Of a stretch of DNA of 64,000 bases, positions 62,301-64,000 are shown in pieces. The stretch is from Balanoglossus misakiensis. Its lineage: Eukaryota; Animalia; Hemichordata. The notes beneath the pieces were generated by a model. That model saw only the letters and a program-made list of their open reading frames with translations. It ran no database searches and had not been told where the DNA came from. The DNA lies in contig CM082584.2 in assembly GCA_040954595.2 (NCBI GenBank), forward strand, positions 10,504,452-10,568,451, written 5' to 3'. Numbering within the stretch: position 1 is the first letter of the stretch; each line of letters starts with the position of its first letter. Both the position numbers and the translations under genes were made by a program.

Positions 62301-64000
62301 AAAACCATGGGTTATAGCTCAGGAAAATGTTGAAAAATCGACGATTTTTCGACTTTGCGAATTTTGAAAATTTGGTCATTTTTTGAAAAACCATGGGTTA
62401 TAGCTCAGGAAAATGTTGAAAAATCGACGATTTTTCGACTTTGCGAATTTTGAAAATTTGGTCATTTTTTGAAAAAACCATGGGTTATAGCTCAGGAAAA
62501 TGTTGAAAAATCGACGATTTTTCGACTTTGCGAATTTTGAAAATTTGGTCATTTTTTGAAAAAACCATGGGTTATAGCTCAGGAAAATGTTGAAAATCGA
62601 CGATTTTTCGACTTTGCGAATTTTGAAAATTTGGTCATTTTTTGAAAAAACCATGGGTTATAGCTCAGGAAAATGTTGAAAAATCGACGATTTTTCGACT
62701 TTGCGAATTTTGAAAATTTGGTCATTTTTTGAAAAAACCATGGGTTATAGCTCAGGAAAATGTTGAAAAATCGACGATTTTTCGACTTTGCGAATTTTGA
62801 AAATTTGGTCATTTTTTGAAAAACCCATGGGTTATAGCTCAGGAAAATGTTGAAAAATCGACGATTTTTCGACTTTGCGAATTTTGAAAATTTGGTCATT
62901 TTTTGAAAAAACCATGGGTTATAGCTCAGGAAAATGTTGAAAAATCGACGATTTTTCGACTTTGCGAATTTTGAAAATTTGGTCATTTTTGAAAAACCAT
63001 GGGTTATAGCTCAGGAAAATGTTGAAAAATCGACGATTTTTCGACTTTGCGAATTTTGAAAATTTGGTCATTTTTTGAAAAAACCATGGGTTATAGCTCA
63101 GGAAAATGTTGAAAAATCGACGATTTTTCGACTTTGCGAATTTTGAAAATTTGGTCATTTTTTGAAAAACCATGGTTATAGCTCAGGAAAATGTTGAAAA
63201 ATCGACGATTTTTCGACTTTGCGAATTTTGAAAATTTGGTCATTTTTTGAAAAAACCATGGTTATAGCTCAGGAAAATGTTGAAAAATCGACGATTTTTC
63301 GACTTTGCGAATTTTGAAAATTTGGTCATTTTTTGAAAAAACCATGGGTTATAGCTCAGGAAAATGTTGAAAAATCGACGATTTTCGACTTTGCGAATTT
63401 TGAAAATTTGGTCATTTTTTGAAAAACCATGGGTTATAGCTCAGGAAAATGTTGAAAAATCGACGATTTTTCGACTTTGCGAATTTTGAAAATTTGGTCA
63501 TTTTTTGAAAAAACCATGGGTTATAGCTCAGGAAAATGTTGAAAAATCGACGATTTTTCGACTTTGCGAATTTTGAAAATTTGGTCATTTTTTGAAAAAA
63601 CCATGGGTTATAGCTCAGGAAAATGTTGAAAAATCGACGATTTTTCGACTTTGCGAATTTTGAAAATTTGGTCATTTTTTGAAAAAACCCATGGGTTATA
63701 GCTCAGGAAAATGTTGAAAAATCGACGATTTTTCGACTTTGCGAATTTTGAAAATTTGGTCATTTTTGAAAAAACCATGGGTTATAGCTCAGGAAAATGT
63801 TGAAAAATCCGACGATTTTTCGACTTTGCGAATTTTGAAAATTTGGTCATTTTTGAAAAAACCATGGGTTATAGCTCAGGAAAATGTTGAAAAATCGACG
63901 ATTTTTCGACTTTGCGAATTTTGAAAATTTGGTCATTTTTTGAAAAAACCATGGGTTATAGCTCAGGAAAATGTTGAAAAATCGACGATTTTTCGACTTT
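53335..64000 (-). repeat. 87-bp satellite array, inverted right arm (~123 monomers, type B only; continues past the window end)
   Basis: Reverse-complement monomers (...ggttatagctcaggaaaatgttgaaaaatcgacgatttttcgactttgcgaattttgaaaatttggtcat...). The repeat ORFs switch from the + to the - strand at this point. Confidence 0.97.

Noticed and set aside
35792-63924. Dozens of ORFs up to 513 aa made of 29-aa repeats (MTKFSKFAKSKNRRFFNIFLSYNPWFFQK and others)
   Set aside because: 87 bp is divisible by 3 and one frame lacks stops. ORF ends coincide with random indels, and there is no splice structure or unique domain. This is a satellite artefact.
35545-64000. Possible CRISPR-like array of palindromic repeats
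   Set aside because: There are no unique spacers, the whole unit repeats, no cas genes are present, and the context is eukaryotic.

Overview
Eukaryotic (metazoan) genomic DNA with short spliceosomal introns. The gene content suggests an invertebrate deuterostome such as a hemichordate, echinoderm or amphioxus; this is inference. Bases 1-35,500 are gene-dense with six intron-containing genes, which I reconstructed exon by exon from splice signals and reading-frame continuity. (1) A head-to-head pair of paralogous cell-surface receptors; the complete + strand copy has a signal peptide, a novel Cys-containing domain, EGF, 4 Ig domains, a TM helix and an IL-1R-type TIR domain. (2) DPH2 and SMC2, arranged head-to-head. 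(3) A TRPC-type channel with a ~500-aa Thr-rich mucin-like insertion in the extracellular S3-S4 loop. (4) An ST8Sia-like sialyltransferase, divergent from the channel gene. From ~35,545 to the end of the window is an 87-bp AT-rich satellite array (~325 monomers). It has two monomer subtypes, nested multi-monomer duplications and a sharp strand inversion at 53,334/53,335. All ORFs called in the array are artefacts of the 87-bp (29-codon) period. No tRNA, rRNA or CRISPR features were seen. Exon coordinates were read by eye and could be off by a few bases.
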